Below, piece by piece: positions 1 to 9,293 of a stretch of 64,000 nt of DNA. The position numbers and the translations under genes are program-made. Below the pieces are notes generated by a model. The model was not told the DNA's origin and did no database searches. It saw only the letters and a list, made by a program, of their open reading frames with translations. The stretch's first letter is position 1. Every line of letters starts with the position of its first letter. Location: NCBI GenBank assembly GCA_964616775.1, contig CAZTRN010000002.1, positions 45,367-109,366 on the forward strand, read 5' to 3'. The DNA comes from an uncultured Candidatus Bathyarchaeia archaeon (GTDB lineage Archaea; Thermoproteota; Bathyarchaeia; Bathyarchaeales; Bathycorpusculaceae).

Positions 1-565
1 GAGTCTTACGTTGGTTCAGCGAACCATCAACCCTTGGAGTTTGGAGGAGGTTTTGGTTTCGCCGACGGGGCTGGTGACGTTTATAGTGGGCAGTTCGCTT
101 TGGGGCTTCATCTGGAGTACCCTTGTTATCATTATCTACTTAGGGGTCGGGGTGTTGGCGTTTGGCGTCGTGTTAAGCATAAACCTTTTGGGCACAATGT
201 TGGTCGTCGCGTTGGGCATTGGAACCTTCATCGGGTTCAGCATGATTGGCGCAGGCGTCCTCATCCTCACTAAGCAAGGCGACCCCATAACCACCATCAT
301 CACCATAGCCACCAACCTGTTCGGCAACGTCCTGTTCCCAATCACCGTCATGCCCCTACAACTTCGCATAATCTCGTTTTTTGTGCCGCAATACTACTTT
401 TTCAGTTGCATCCGCCCTATGCTAACAGGCTCTTCAATTCTGGCGATTTTACCTGATTTGGCGGTTCTTGGCGTGATGTGCGCCATTATTTTGCCTTTGG
501 GCTACTTTGCGTATTCATGGTGTCTAAAGACAGCCCGCAAAAACGGCACCCTCTCATGGTTCTGA
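1..565 (+). CDS. ABC-2 type transporter permease, C-terminal part (5' end outside window)
   Basis: The frame is open to the window edge (ORF track 11..565). The product is a multi-helix hydrophobic Gly/Ile/Leu-rich protein with the look of an ABC-2 permease tail. Confidence 0.55.
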   Translation, partial: SLTLVQRTINPWSLEEVLVSPTGLVTFIVGSSLWGFIWSTLVIIIYLGVGVLAFGVVLSINLLGTMLVVALGIGTFIGFSMIGAGVLILTKQGDPITTIITIATNLFGNVLFPITVMPLQLRIISFFVPQYYFFSCIRPMLTGSSILAILPDLAVLGVMCAIILPLGYFAYSWCLKTARKNGTLSWF

Positions 566-637
566 AATGCACGATACAGAAGGGCAGGTTTGCTGCAAAA
601 CCTATATTGCCCATATCATCTAAGTTGAAGCAACAAG

Positions 638-1462
638 GTGTCCCCATTGTCGGAAGCTGAAACGCTACGCAAAGAAATCCATGAAGCCAACATTGCAGTG
701 CACCGAGTCGAAGCTTCATACTACCGGATGTTTCACCCCGAAATTTACAGCCGACAAGAACAAAAACGCGTAACCGCCGCCCTCCAACAAGCCGACCAAC
801 TGGTGACCGAGAACCGTCGACGGGCGCTTGATTTTGGGGCAGGCATCGGAAACTTGACAGATAAACTGCTGGAGTTGGGTTATACGGTGACGGCGGTGGA
901 TATTTCTGCAGAAATGTGCCAAGCCCTCCGTGGCAGGCACCCGCAAGAGGATAAAGCGGGCAGATTAATCGTGGTCAATTCACCGATTGAAGATGTGGAT
1001 TTTGAGGCAGGGCAGTTTGATTTAGTAACTTGCTATTCGGTGCTGCACCATTTGCCCGACTACGAGGCAGCCCTGCGTAAACTGTGCACGTTTGTTAAGC
1101 ATGGGGGAGTCATGTTTTTGGACCATGAGGCTTCGGCAAACTTTTGGAAACCCGAACACGGCATGCTGGCGCAGTTGGTTAAAAGCGCAAACTTCCACTC
1201 CAACCCTATGCTGAACACAATATACTTTAGTATGGTGGGCTTGAAGCTGCCTACGCTAGATTACACAGTGTCGGATTACTGGTTCAAAAGAGAACACCAC
1301 GTGAACCACACCAAAATCAAGCGCATATTTGAGGAACAGAACTTCAGCCAGTTCCAACGCACCGACTACTTCTCGCGGGAAAGCTGGATAATTAACCCAA
1401 TTTCACTGGTTTACAGGCAGTTGTGTAGACCAGACACGAGCTTGTGGATTGCCAAAAAATAG
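638..1462 (+). CDS. class I SAM-dependent methyltransferase
   Basis: SAM-binding motif I LDFGAGIGNLT, then acidic VDIS and YSVLHHL, as in the Methyltransf_11/23 fold. Confidence 0.75.
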   Translation: MSPLSEAETLRKEIHEANIAVHRVEASYYRMFHPEIYSRQEQKRVTAALQQADQLVTENRRRALDFGAGIGNLTDKLLELGYTVTAVDISAEMCQALRGRHPQEDKAGRLIVVNSPIEDVDFEAGQFDLVTCYSVLHHLPDYEAALRKLCTFVKHGGVMFLDHEASANFWKPEHGMLAQLVKSANFHSNPMLNTIYFSMVGLKLPTLDYTVSDYWFKREHHVNHTKIKRIFEEQNFSQFQRTDYFSRESWIINPISLVYRQLCRPDTSLWIAKK

Positions 1463-2284
1463 CTATGCCTGCACAGATTCGGGGGTGTTGGCAGGTTCTT
1501 GTTGCGGATAGGGTTTGATGGCGACTTTTTTAAGCAGCAACCAAACAGCGAAGACAGATCCTATAGTTAAGAATATGATTTGGGCAATTCGAGAGACTTC
1601 GGAAGTTGTTGCTACGCCTAGAAAGCCGATGGAGTTGTTTAAGCCGTGAACCACTGCCATGGCAACAAGGTTACCGCCTGAATAGTAGTAGGTAAGACAC
1701 ATGGCTAAAGAGAATGTGAACAGTTGGATGAAGAACACTGGACTGACTATGGTGTAAGTTAAGGCGTAGTAACCGTGTGCTGACGTGAAGATTAAGCTTG
1801 AAATGACTGCCATAAGCAGCCAGTGTTTGCCTTTAGAGACACTTAAAAGTCCACCAAACAGAAAGCCTCGGAAAAGGTACTCTTCCGCTGGACCGATAAC
1901 CAGCATCGAAATGGCCATCATAATCCAAGCTACATTTGGAGAAACATCAAGCACAGGGTTAGGTATGTCTAAAAGGCTAGTGGCAGAGGCGTCAAACTGC
2001 AAAATAATCATCAAAGCAACCGCACTAGCAATTACGCCCACTAAGTAAAAAGAGCTGAAAAAACCCAATCCGTATCGGAAGGCGTCTTTGTTGTTTTTTG
2101 CTGCGCGACTTAAAAGTTGGCGCCCAAAAAACAAGCTCACAACTACAATGGGGAGACCGTAGACAACCAAATAGCCCAAAACACCACTTAAGGGCACAAA
2201 GTAGGGTGCTGCCACAGCAGCAACAATCACGACTGCTCCAATGATGTACTGATAGAGGGGCAAGGGCTTTTGGCTTTCGAACAT
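1463..2284 (-). CDS. CPBP family intramembrane metalloprotease (CAAX protease-like)
   Basis: Polytopic membrane protein carrying the CPBP motifs PAEEYLFRG, FTSAHG and HGLNN. Confidence 0.8.
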   Translation of the reverse strand: MFESQKPLPLYQYIIGAVVIVAAVAAPYFVPLSGVLGYLVVYGLPIVVVSLFFGRQLLSRAAKNNKDAFRYGLGFFSSFYLVGVIASAVALMIILQFDASATSLLDIPNPVLDVSPNVAWIMMAISMLVIGPAEEYLFRGFLFGGLLSVSKGKHWLLMAVISSLIFTSAHGYYALTYTIVSPVFFIQLFTFSLAMCLTYYYSGGNLVAMAVVHGLNNSIGFLGVATTSEVSRIAQIIFLTIGSVFAVWLLLKKVAIKPYPQQEPANTPESVQA

Positions 2285-2443
2285 GGTGCTCCATCTAATG
2301 GTTAATCTTCAACCTTAAAGGTGTTAGCCAGAATTCAAGCCGGGCACGTTACTGTCGCTATTTTTTTAAGCTGTCACAACAAAATATTATTGCAGACAGG
2401 TGGGCAGGCGGTTGTTCTTTAAGCAAACAGGAGAGAGCATTCT

Positions 2444-3622
2444 TTGAAAAGAAGGACTTTGATATTGGCGGCTGTTTTGGTGCTGGTTGTTGCTTTGACG
2501 GCGGTGCTTGTTGAAGTTAACTTGCCTCGTACACAGACCCAAACGCCCTCCAGTTACTTTGGGGTAGATGTGGGATTTGGAGACGAAGATGACGTTTACA
2601 AGGTAGCTGACGCCACTCAAGGTTACGCAAATCTGATTATCATAGGCTCCACAATTGTCACCAGCGACACCCCCAAGTTGACGCGGGTCTGCAACTACCT
2701 GTATGAACGTGGATTCAGCTTCATCATATTCATAAACTATGACCCCGTGGCGCCTATTGGACCGGATAGGAATTTCTTTAGTGAAACGGCCAAACAGTGG
2801 GGCGACAAAATGTTGGGTGCATACATTTTTGATGAGCCAGGCGGAAAACAACTTGACTACGCCCCAGGCACACCCCACTACATTGACAAACCAGTAAAAC
2901 AAGCCGACAACTACACAGATGCTGCCCAAAAATTTGTCACCACCCTGTTTTGGTCACTGGTCGCGTACACGGGACCTGACTACTACAACACGCCCACACT
3001 GCCTTTGTACACTTCCGACTATGCCCTGTACTGGTTTGATAACCTGCTAGGCTACAATGTGGTGTTTGGGGAGTTTGTGGGCAACCAGAGCAGGCAGTTG
3101 GCGGTTGCACTTTGCAGGGGCGCAGCTAACGTGCAGCACCGCGACTGGGGAACCATGATCACATGGAAATACAACCAAGCCCCCTTCTTAGAAGACGCCG
3201 AGGAACTTTACAATGATATGGTTTTAGCTTACGAAAACGACGCCAAATACATCATAGTTTTCAATTCACCCGATAACCAAACAGCAACCACCGACCTAGG
3301 CATTCTTACATCTGAACATTTAGATGCTATGAAGAAGTTCTGGAATTACGCTCAAACCCACCCAGAACCCACAGAAAGCCCAGCTAACATAGCCTACGTG
3401 TTGCCACCCGACTACGGTTTTGGTTTTCGCAACCCTGCTGACACTATCTGGGGGTTATTCTCCGCCGACGAGTTGACGGCAAAAATTTGGAACGACGCGA
3501 ACAGCCTCATTGATCAGTATGGTAAAAACGTAGACATAGTGTTTGAGACATGGATTGACGAAATTCCCGCCAGATTACTTTATGATAAGTTGATTTTTTG
3601 GAATGGCACAGTCATAGGTTAA
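2444..3622 (+). CDS. N-terminally membrane-anchored extracytoplasmic protein, function unknown (possibly TIM-barrel glycosidase-like)
   Basis: Long clean ORF with an N-terminal basic and hydrophobic anchor (MKRRTLILAAVLVLVVAL). YIFDEPGG and FGEF segments vaguely recall clan GH-A hydrolases, but the function is not established. Confidence 0.55.
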   Translation: MKRRTLILAAVLVLVVALTAVLVEVNLPRTQTQTPSSYFGVDVGFGDEDDVYKVADATQGYANLIIIGSTIVTSDTPKLTRVCNYLYERGFSFIIFINYDPVAPIGPDRNFFSETAKQWGDKMLGAYIFDEPGGKQLDYAPGTPHYIDKPVKQADNYTDAAQKFVTTLFWSLVAYTGPDYYNTPTLPLYTSDYALYWFDNLLGYNVVFGEFVGNQSRQLAVALCRGAANVQHRDWGTMITWKYNQAPFLEDAEELYNDMVLAYENDAKYIIVFNSPDNQTATTDLGILTSEHLDAMKKFWNYAQTHPEPTESPANIAYVLPPDYGFGFRNPADTIWGLFSADELTAKIWNDANSLIDQYGKNVDIVFETWIDEIPARLLYDKLIFWNGTVIG

Positions 3623-5364
3623 TCTCCCCTAACACCGTCAGGAATTGGTTGGCGGGGAGCGAGAGGTAAAGTCAAGGTGATTGTTGTGCCTTTACCTTGG
3701 ATGCTTGTTGCAGAGATTGTGCCGCCATGCGCCTCCGCAATGCGTTTGCAGATAGGCAAACCAAAACCCATACCCTTAGGTTTGGTAGTGAAAAGTAACG
3801 TCCAAATGCGCCGTAACGTTTCCGCCGTCATACCCACACCAGTATCTGAGAAGCTGATTTCAAGAAAGTCTTCCGTTTGGCAGGTTTTTACGGTTAACGT
3901 GCCGCCGTTAGGCATTGCATCAAGAGCGTTTTTCAATATATTCACAAAGACGCGGCACATGTGAGAAGAGTCAACTTCAAGTGTGGTTTCGCAAGTTAAA
4001 TCCACCAAGGTGACTTCTTGAGGAACAGAAAGCAGCTCTAAGGCATTGGTTAACAAAGCTTTGGGGGTTGTCGTGGTAAGTTCTAGGCGAATTACACCTG
4101 AAAAGTCAGAGAGGTCTTTTACAATTTTATTTGAATACTGAATGCTTCGTTCGATTGTGGAGAGCATTTCTTGACCACCAGCGTCCATTTGGGGACCGTA
4201 CTTTCGTTTCAGATAGAAGGTGGCGCCTTGGATGCTGGTCAACGGATTGCGCAAATCATGCCCGACCATACCTGCTAATTCACCAATCAAAGCAAATCGT
4301 TGTGCATTCACAAGTTTCTGCTCAATTTCTTTTTGGGGAGTCAAATCGTGGATAACACAGATTACTCCTAAGGGTTTCCCTTTTTTGTTTCTAACAAAAG
4401 AACCAGAGACACTCACGATGCGCTCTTCGCCAGTTTTAGTTTTTAACGTTATTTCATGATTACGAACATCTTCAGTTCGAATAAACTCTGCTATAGCAGC
4501 ATCATACTGTTCTTCAGACGGAAACAGCATCTTGATAGGTTTGCCCTTGAGTTCTTTCTCCGTATAGCCAAGCAAATTAGTTAAGGAAGCGTTCGCTCGC
4601 AGGATGGTTCGATTGATGTCGGCTAAGATGAGTGAGTCAGGCATTGTGCGCAGGATAGTTTCAGCGGCAATTTCAGGGCCCAGCTGAAACAGGCGGTATT
4701 TCCAGATGGCATACGCCACAAAGATGCTCATAAAAGCACTAAACGTGTTGCCCAATTCTGGAACTTTCATACCAAACGCTGGAAAAAGCACTTCGGTGAC
4801 ACTGAAGGTTAAAACGGGAACAGCAAGCCCAATTGTTACAAACTTGGCTTGCTTTCGCTTCAAAGTGTCCGTTACCCGCACATAATATAGTACGCATAAC
4901 AAGATGGCGGAGTAAGCAACTACGCCTGACCAAACGTTGCAGAGTATGCTGATCCAACTCAAAGAACAGTTGTAAGTGTAGCCCCAAAACGCGTATGTTA
5001 TGGTTCCGACAATTTCCTCCGTAAACAGCCCAACTATGGAAAACACCAGTGGGGGACCATAGAGCAAGAGATAATTTCGGCGTTTTTTAAGAAAAGAGTT
5101 CTCTGTGAAGACAAGCGTAAAATGTATCAGAAAGGCAGAAAAGAACGGCCAAATGAAGGAGGCACGATTCCAAAAATAAGCCGCTTCAGTGGTTAAAGCT
5201 GTTCGGGTGAGGTATTCGGTTAGTGCCCAGTAGCCGCCTGTTAAAACCGCTAAAGCAAAAACCCGATTTAGAGTGGCTTTTCGATTAAGAGAATACACAA
5301 TCACGCCTAAAGAGAAACACACAATGCTTGCAGCTAAAGAAAGCACGGCAAAGACTGAGATCAA
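3619..5364 (-). CDS. sensor histidine kinase (multi-TM sensor + PAS + HisKA + HATPase_c)
   Basis: About 6-7 N-terminal TM helices and a PAS-like segment (LILADINRTILRAN...). H-box MVGHDLRNPL, N-box NILKNALDAM and G-boxes DTGVGM / GFGL are present. Confidence 0.85.
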   Translation of the reverse strand: MISVFAVLSLAASIVCFSLGVIVYSLNRKATLNRVFALAVLTGGYWALTEYLTRTALTTEAAYFWNRASFIWPFFSAFLIHFTLVFTENSFLKKRRNYLLLYGPPLVFSIVGLFTEEIVGTITYAFWGYTYNCSLSWISILCNVWSGVVAYSAILLCVLYYVRVTDTLKRKQAKFVTIGLAVPVLTFSVTEVLFPAFGMKVPELGNTFSAFMSIFVAYAIWKYRLFQLGPEIAAETILRTMPDSLILADINRTILRANASLTNLLGYTEKELKGKPIKMLFPSEEQYDAAIAEFIRTEDVRNHEITLKTKTGEERIVSVSGSFVRNKKGKPLGVICVIHDLTPQKEIEQKLVNAQRFALIGELAGMVGHDLRNPLTSIQGATFYLKRKYGPQMDAGGQEMLSTIERSIQYSNKIVKDLSDFSGVIRLELTTTTPKALLTNALELLSVPQEVTLVDLTCETTLEVDSSHMCRVFVNILKNALDAMPNGGTLTVKTCQTEDFLEISFSDTGVGMTAETLRRIWTLLFTTKPKGMGFGLPICKRIAEAHGGTISATSIQGKGTTITLTLPLAPRQPIPDGVRGD

Positions 5365-5480
5365 AGCCTGTTAGACCACCTGTGCGTTGCCATCTTGTAC
5401 CTAACCATAGGCAGTGTATCTTCAGAAGCATAAGTGCACGTTACACAAATAAATTAAAGGGTACGTCTTAACGTGTACAG

Positions 5481-6437
5481 TCAATTTTTAATGAAGCGCG
5501 CAAAAAGCTGCAAGCTGTCCACGTCAGGTAGGTCTGCAAAATATTGCATGAAATATGTAACGCCCAAGTCAAGGTATGGTTTCAATGTGTCGGCGTACTG
5601 CTGGGGCGTGCCTAAGAAGTGAGCTTTTCCGAAGGCAGCTCTGCTGACGCCTTTAGGTTTTAGGGTGCTGATTTTCTGTTCAAGTTCCGTTTTGTCGCGT
5701 CCAAGAATGATTTGTCCTTGAGGCCAGCAGGATCGTTCGATTTCGTTGAAGTTTCGTCCTGCAGTTTTGCAGTGTTTCTCCAGAACTGCCAGTTTATGGC
5801 GATACAACTCTATGGTGGGCAGGTAGCTGAAGTCAAAGCGGTCTGCATGTTCTGCGGTGACCTTTAACAAGTAACGTTCTCCACCCCCGCCGACAACTAT
5901 TGGCGGGTGGGGTTTCTGAAGAGGTTTAGGTTCGCACACTGCATCAACCATTTGGTAATGGGTGCCTTTGTAGGTGGTTTTCTCGCGGGTCCATAGAGAT
6001 TTTATTATTTCTATGGATTCGTTTAGCCGCTGTACCCGCATGTTAAGTGCAGGAAAAGAGAAACCGTAAGCGGTATGCTCTTGACTTTGGACGCCTGCGC
6101 CTAACCCTAACTCTAGGCGACCGCCTGAAACCAAATCTACGGTGGCAGCCATCTTTGCCAATACGGCGGGGTTTCGGAAAGCGTGGGAGGTCACCATGGT
6201 GCCCAGCCGAATCCGCGAGGTAACAGAAGCGAGAGCGGCGAGGGTGGTCCAGCACTCTAAAATCGGCATTTTCCCATACATCAAGTGGTCATCAAGCCAA
6301 ACTGAATCATAACCCAAACGTTCACATTCTAAAACGACGGTTTTGAGTTTGGTAAATAGCATTTTAGGGTCTGTTACGTCGCGATAGAGGTAGAAGGGTA
6401 GGAATACGCCGAATTTGGGTTTGTTCACGGTATCCAC
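5481..6437 (-). CDS. LLM-class (luciferase-like) F420/flavin-dependent oxidoreductase
   Basis: FGVFLPFY...GYDSVWLDDHL N-terminus, GRLELGLGAG and PPIVVGGGG are typical of luciferase-like monooxygenase family proteins. Confidence 0.75.
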   Translation of the reverse strand: MDTVNKPKFGVFLPFYLYRDVTDPKMLFTKLKTVVLECERLGYDSVWLDDHLMYGKMPILECWTTLAALASVTSRIRLGTMVTSHAFRNPAVLAKMAATVDLVSGGRLELGLGAGVQSQEHTAYGFSFPALNMRVQRLNESIEIIKSLWTREKTTYKGTHYQMVDAVCEPKPLQKPHPPIVVGGGGERYLLKVTAEHADRFDFSYLPTIELYRHKLAVLEKHCKTAGRNFNEIERSCWPQGQIILGRDKTELEQKISTLKPKGVSRAAFGKAHFLGTPQQYADTLKPYLDLGVTYFMQYFADLPDVDSLQLFARFIKN

Positions 6438-6708
6438 TTAAGAACAAATATTGTGGGTTGTCATAAAAATTTGCCGACCAGCATGAAGCAAAAAATGTGG
6501 GGAAGGCTACCTTTTGCCTTCTTGGTATAGGCGTACGCGCAGACAGCAATGACCTCATTTGGTTACGGTCTGTCTCGGCTGCTTCAATTCGTTAAATCAC
6601 AAACAAAGCCACAAGATGACGCATAACTAACACGTCAACAATTTTTGCCGCCTATTTGCAGCGGCTTCACAAGAAACAACTAAAAGCCGCCACACCGTAT
6701 CAGGCTAC

Positions 6709-7284
6709 ATGCGAGAATTCCTGCTTTACAGCCGCATGGGCAAAACTGACCCCCACTGGAACAACCTCCACGACGCAGGCAGACTAGACATCGCCTACGA
6801 ATGCATCGTAACAAGCCTGTTTCTGTCGCATGGTTTGCGTCGTAACGTGAACTTTCACGCCATACTCAATGGGGCACCTAATCCGCCACTTCACATCCAA
6901 ATCGTAGGCGCAGAACTCTACGACGTGCGCACCGACATAGCAACATGGGATACAATCCTACGCAAAGCGGTTGCTGGCAAAAGTCACCCCGGCGTCACCG
7001 CCCAAAAAACTGGCTTTGAAACGTTACTTAAAGAAAAAGCCCAAACTCACACCATTTACATCTTAGAGGAAGGCGGTGCAGACATAGCCAAAACCCAAAT
7101 TGCAGAGAACCCGCTGTTTGTGCTCGGAGACCATGTTGGGTTGCCTAAAAATGCAGAGCGATTTGCCCAGCGCTTTGGCACAAAAATCAGCTTGGGAAAA
7201 ACCCCTTACTTGGCGGCATCATGCATAACGGTTATCAATTATTTATTGGACCAAAAAGACAAAGCTGAACCTGTTAGCTTTTGA
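6709..7284 (+). CDS. trmY: tRNA (pseudouridine54-N1)-methyltransferase TrmY (SPOUT, DUF358)
   Basis: MREFLLYS...GRLDIAYECIVTSLFLSHGLRRNVNFHAILNG...PNPP closely follows the archaeal TrmY/Mj1640 N-terminal pattern. The size of about 190 aa also fits. Confidence 0.7.
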   Translation: MREFLLYSRMGKTDPHWNNLHDAGRLDIAYECIVTSLFLSHGLRRNVNFHAILNGAPNPPLHIQIVGAELYDVRTDIATWDTILRKAVAGKSHPGVTAQKTGFETLLKEKAQTHTIYILEEGGADIAKTQIAENPLFVLGDHVGLPKNAERFAQRFGTKISLGKTPYLAASCITVINYLLDQKDKAEPVSF

Positions 7285-8254
7285 AGTGTTCGTAGCCGCG
7301 GGGTTCAACTTGGTGTTCTTGTCCTTCTGAATGGTAGGTTATGTGGCGTTTGGAGGTGGCGATGCCTATGGGAAGCAGGGCGCCGCCGACAGAAGCCACC
7401 GCTGTCTGCGCCGCAAGCCACAACTGCGGTTTAACTGTTAAAACCAACTCGTATTCTTCACCACCATACAAAGCCAAACCCGCGCCAGCTATGCCGTTTA
7501 GTTGGGCAAACTGGGCTGCCTCAGCGGCTAACGGTAAATCTGAAACCTCAAACCCCACCTCACTTTGAGCCGCCAACTCATGCAGGCACCAAGCTAAACC
7601 GTCACTGGAATCCATAGCGGAAGTCACAGCACCAGTTGCTGCCAACGCTAAGCCTTCAGCGAGACGGGCTTTGGGCATAAGAACGGAATCTAGGAGCGTT
7701 TGTCCTAACGGTTCAGGGGCAGTGTCGTTTTTGAGTAGGAGGCATAGTCCGGCGGGGGGGTTGCCGAAGAAGCCGGTAACAGCTAAAATGTCGCCTGATT
7801 GGGCGCCGCTTCGCAGCATCAGTTGCTGTTTTTTTGCTGTGCCATAAAGGTGAACGGCAATTGTTAGGTTGCTAGCTTGAGCGGTGTCACCGCCCACAAT
7901 GTAGACACCGTACTCTTGGGCACCGCTGTTAAGACCCTGAGCAAGTGCTTCAAAATCGGCAGTTGTGAATCCTTCTGGAAGCCCAAGAGCAACGGTGGCA
8001 GCTATGGGTTTGGCGCCTTTGGCTGCAAAATCACTTATCGGCGCGATAGCAGCTTTTCGGGCTGCCTGCCACAACGTCATAGTTGGGGGAACATCAGTTT
8101 GGGCAACGAGCATATCCGTTTTAAGCACCGCAACTTCACCTTCACCAATTGGAACGGTGGAGACATCGTCGCCAAACGGCAAGGCATCTGGCATAGGAGT
8201 GAAGTGCTGGCGCATAAGCGTAATGATGGCATGCTCTCCAAGTTGGATAGGCAT
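7274..8254 (-). CDS. thiL: thiamine-monophosphate kinase
   Basis: AIR-synthase-related fold with GDDVSTVP...LKTDMLVAQTDVP, VALGLP, GGDT and DSSDGL motifs typical of ThiL. Confidence 0.8.
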   Translation of the reverse strand: MPIQLGEHAIITLMRQHFTPMPDALPFGDDVSTVPIGEGEVAVLKTDMLVAQTDVPPTMTLWQAARKAAIAPISDFAAKGAKPIAATVALGLPEGFTTADFEALAQGLNSGAQEYGVYIVGGDTAQASNLTIAVHLYGTAKKQQLMLRSGAQSGDILAVTGFFGNPPAGLCLLLKNDTAPEPLGQTLLDSVLMPKARLAEGLALAATGAVTSAMDSSDGLAWCLHELAAQSEVGFEVSDLPLAAEAAQFAQLNGIAGAGLALYGGEEYELVLTVKPQLWLAAQTAVASVGGALLPIGIATSKRHITYHSEGQEHQVEPRGYEHFKS

Positions 8255-8324
8255 GTTAGTTCCCTAGATGATTGTGGTGTTAAACATTTAAAAAGTTCTT
8301 TCTCATCCTTTTAGGCGGGTTTGT

Positions 8325-8401
8325 GCCTCGATAGCTCAGCCCAGCAGAGCGGCTGCCTCGTAAGCAGCAGGCCGCGGGAGCAAAGCCCGCTCGAGGCTCC
8401 A
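8325..8401 (+). tRNA. tRNA-Thr (anticodon CGT) with encoded CCA; non-canonical D-loop/T-loop
   Basis: Manual cloverleaf: acceptor GCCTCGA/TCGAGGC, D stem GCTC/GAGC, anticodon stem GCTGC/GCAGC with loop CTCGTAA, T stem GCGGG/CCCGC, discriminator T then CCA. A TATA-like CATTTAAAAAG lies about 30 nt upstream. The T-loop is AGCAAAG, not TTCRAAT, and the D-loop AGCCCAGCA lacks the GG pair. Confidence 0.75.
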
Positions 8402-8582
8402 CCCGTTCCCTTCCGTAGCCCCGCCTCAAGCTTTTAAATTTCCACGCAACTCCGTGGGCATGCAAACCAACCACTTGATACATGACTATGAGCAGCGGCT
8501 TTTTCCGCGCCACGCTACCTCAAAACGAGGCGCAACGACGAAATTGCGCAAGATTCCTAGAACTACTTAAATGCTTGAGGAC

Positions 8583-9293
8583 TCAGCCTTGCCCGCGTAG
8601 TTTTTTCCACCTAATGAGCACTGTTACAAGTACTGTTATTGTTAGAAATGTAGTTGTTAGAGTAAGTAATGGTAACTCGGGTATTGTAGGTGATAGTGTT
8701 GGCAACGGGGTTGATGTTGCCGAGGGTGTTGGGCTTGAAGTAGGCACGTAAGTGAGAGTAAGTGAAGGGGTGGGGCTAGGGGAAGTAGTTGGAGTGGTTG
8801 TTGATGAAGGCTCTGGGATCGTAGATGAAGGACTCGGGGTCAATAGTGCTGGCTCCTCAACATTGAAGTTGATTGGTCCGGTATCAACAGACTTCAGTTC
8901 CATTACATGGATGGTTTCAAAGAAGCCGTACTTGGCGTAGAAATCGCTCTGTTGCGAACCGTAAAACCGCACAGATACAGAGGCGGTTATTCTTATGCTA
9001 TGCTGACCACCTGATAATCCAGTGAGAGTATTTTCACTCGAGTTTAAGGCTATTTCATTTCCGTCTAAATAGCAAGTGAAGTTTGAGTATGTTACAGATG
9101 CCCATGGGATCAGGATTCCTGAAAAATACAATAGAACGCTGCTGGAAGTGTAAGTGTAATCGTTTTCTATTGACAATTCAATTCCTGGATACGGGTAGGG
9201 ATTGGTTGTTTGAGCTTTACAAATCTCTGTTATTTGTAAAGTAAACAAAGAAAACGACAAACCAACAAGAACCAGCACCAGTGCTGTTTTCAT
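8583..9293 (-). CDS. cell-surface protein: signal peptide, beta-sandwich domain, Thr/Ser/Pro linker, C-terminal TM anchor
   Basis: N-terminal signal (MKTALVLVLVGLSF), CYLDGNEIAL...GGQHSIRITA Ig-like segment, long PSPSSTIPEPSSTTTPTTSPSPTPS linker, and a TM helix plus basic tail. It overlaps the upstream gene by ATGA. Confidence 0.6.
   Translation of the reverse strand: MKTALVLVLVGLSFSLFTLQITEICKAQTTNPYPYPGIELSIENDYTYTSSSVLLYFSGILIPWASVTYSNFTCYLDGNEIALNSSENTLTGLSGGQHSIRITASVSVRFYGSQQSDFYAKYGFFETIHVMELKSVDTGPINFNVEEPALLTPSPSSTIPEPSSTTTPTTSPSPTPSLTLTYVPTSSPTPSATSTPLPTLSPTIPELPLLTLTTTFLTITVLVTVLIRWKKLRGQG

Noticed and set aside
2387-2929. A 180-aa minus-strand ORF overlapping 2444..3622. The same applies to other long antisense ORFs, such as 44811..45401, 53773..54198, 57096..57509, 62340..62873, 36418..36978, 16027..16398 and 20377..20793.
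   Set aside because: These are shadow ORFs lying entirely inside, or antisense to, genes with clear family motifs. Their composition is skewed (Arg/Cys/His-rich or low complexity) and they carry no recognisable motifs.
8640-8830. Apparent tandem or low-complexity DNA repeats (also 26500..26620, 9400..9480 and 52570..52700)
   Set aside because: These are coding Thr/Ser/Pro (or Pro/Ala/Lys) linker regions of surface proteins and of the ACS-GNAT tail, not independent repeat elements.
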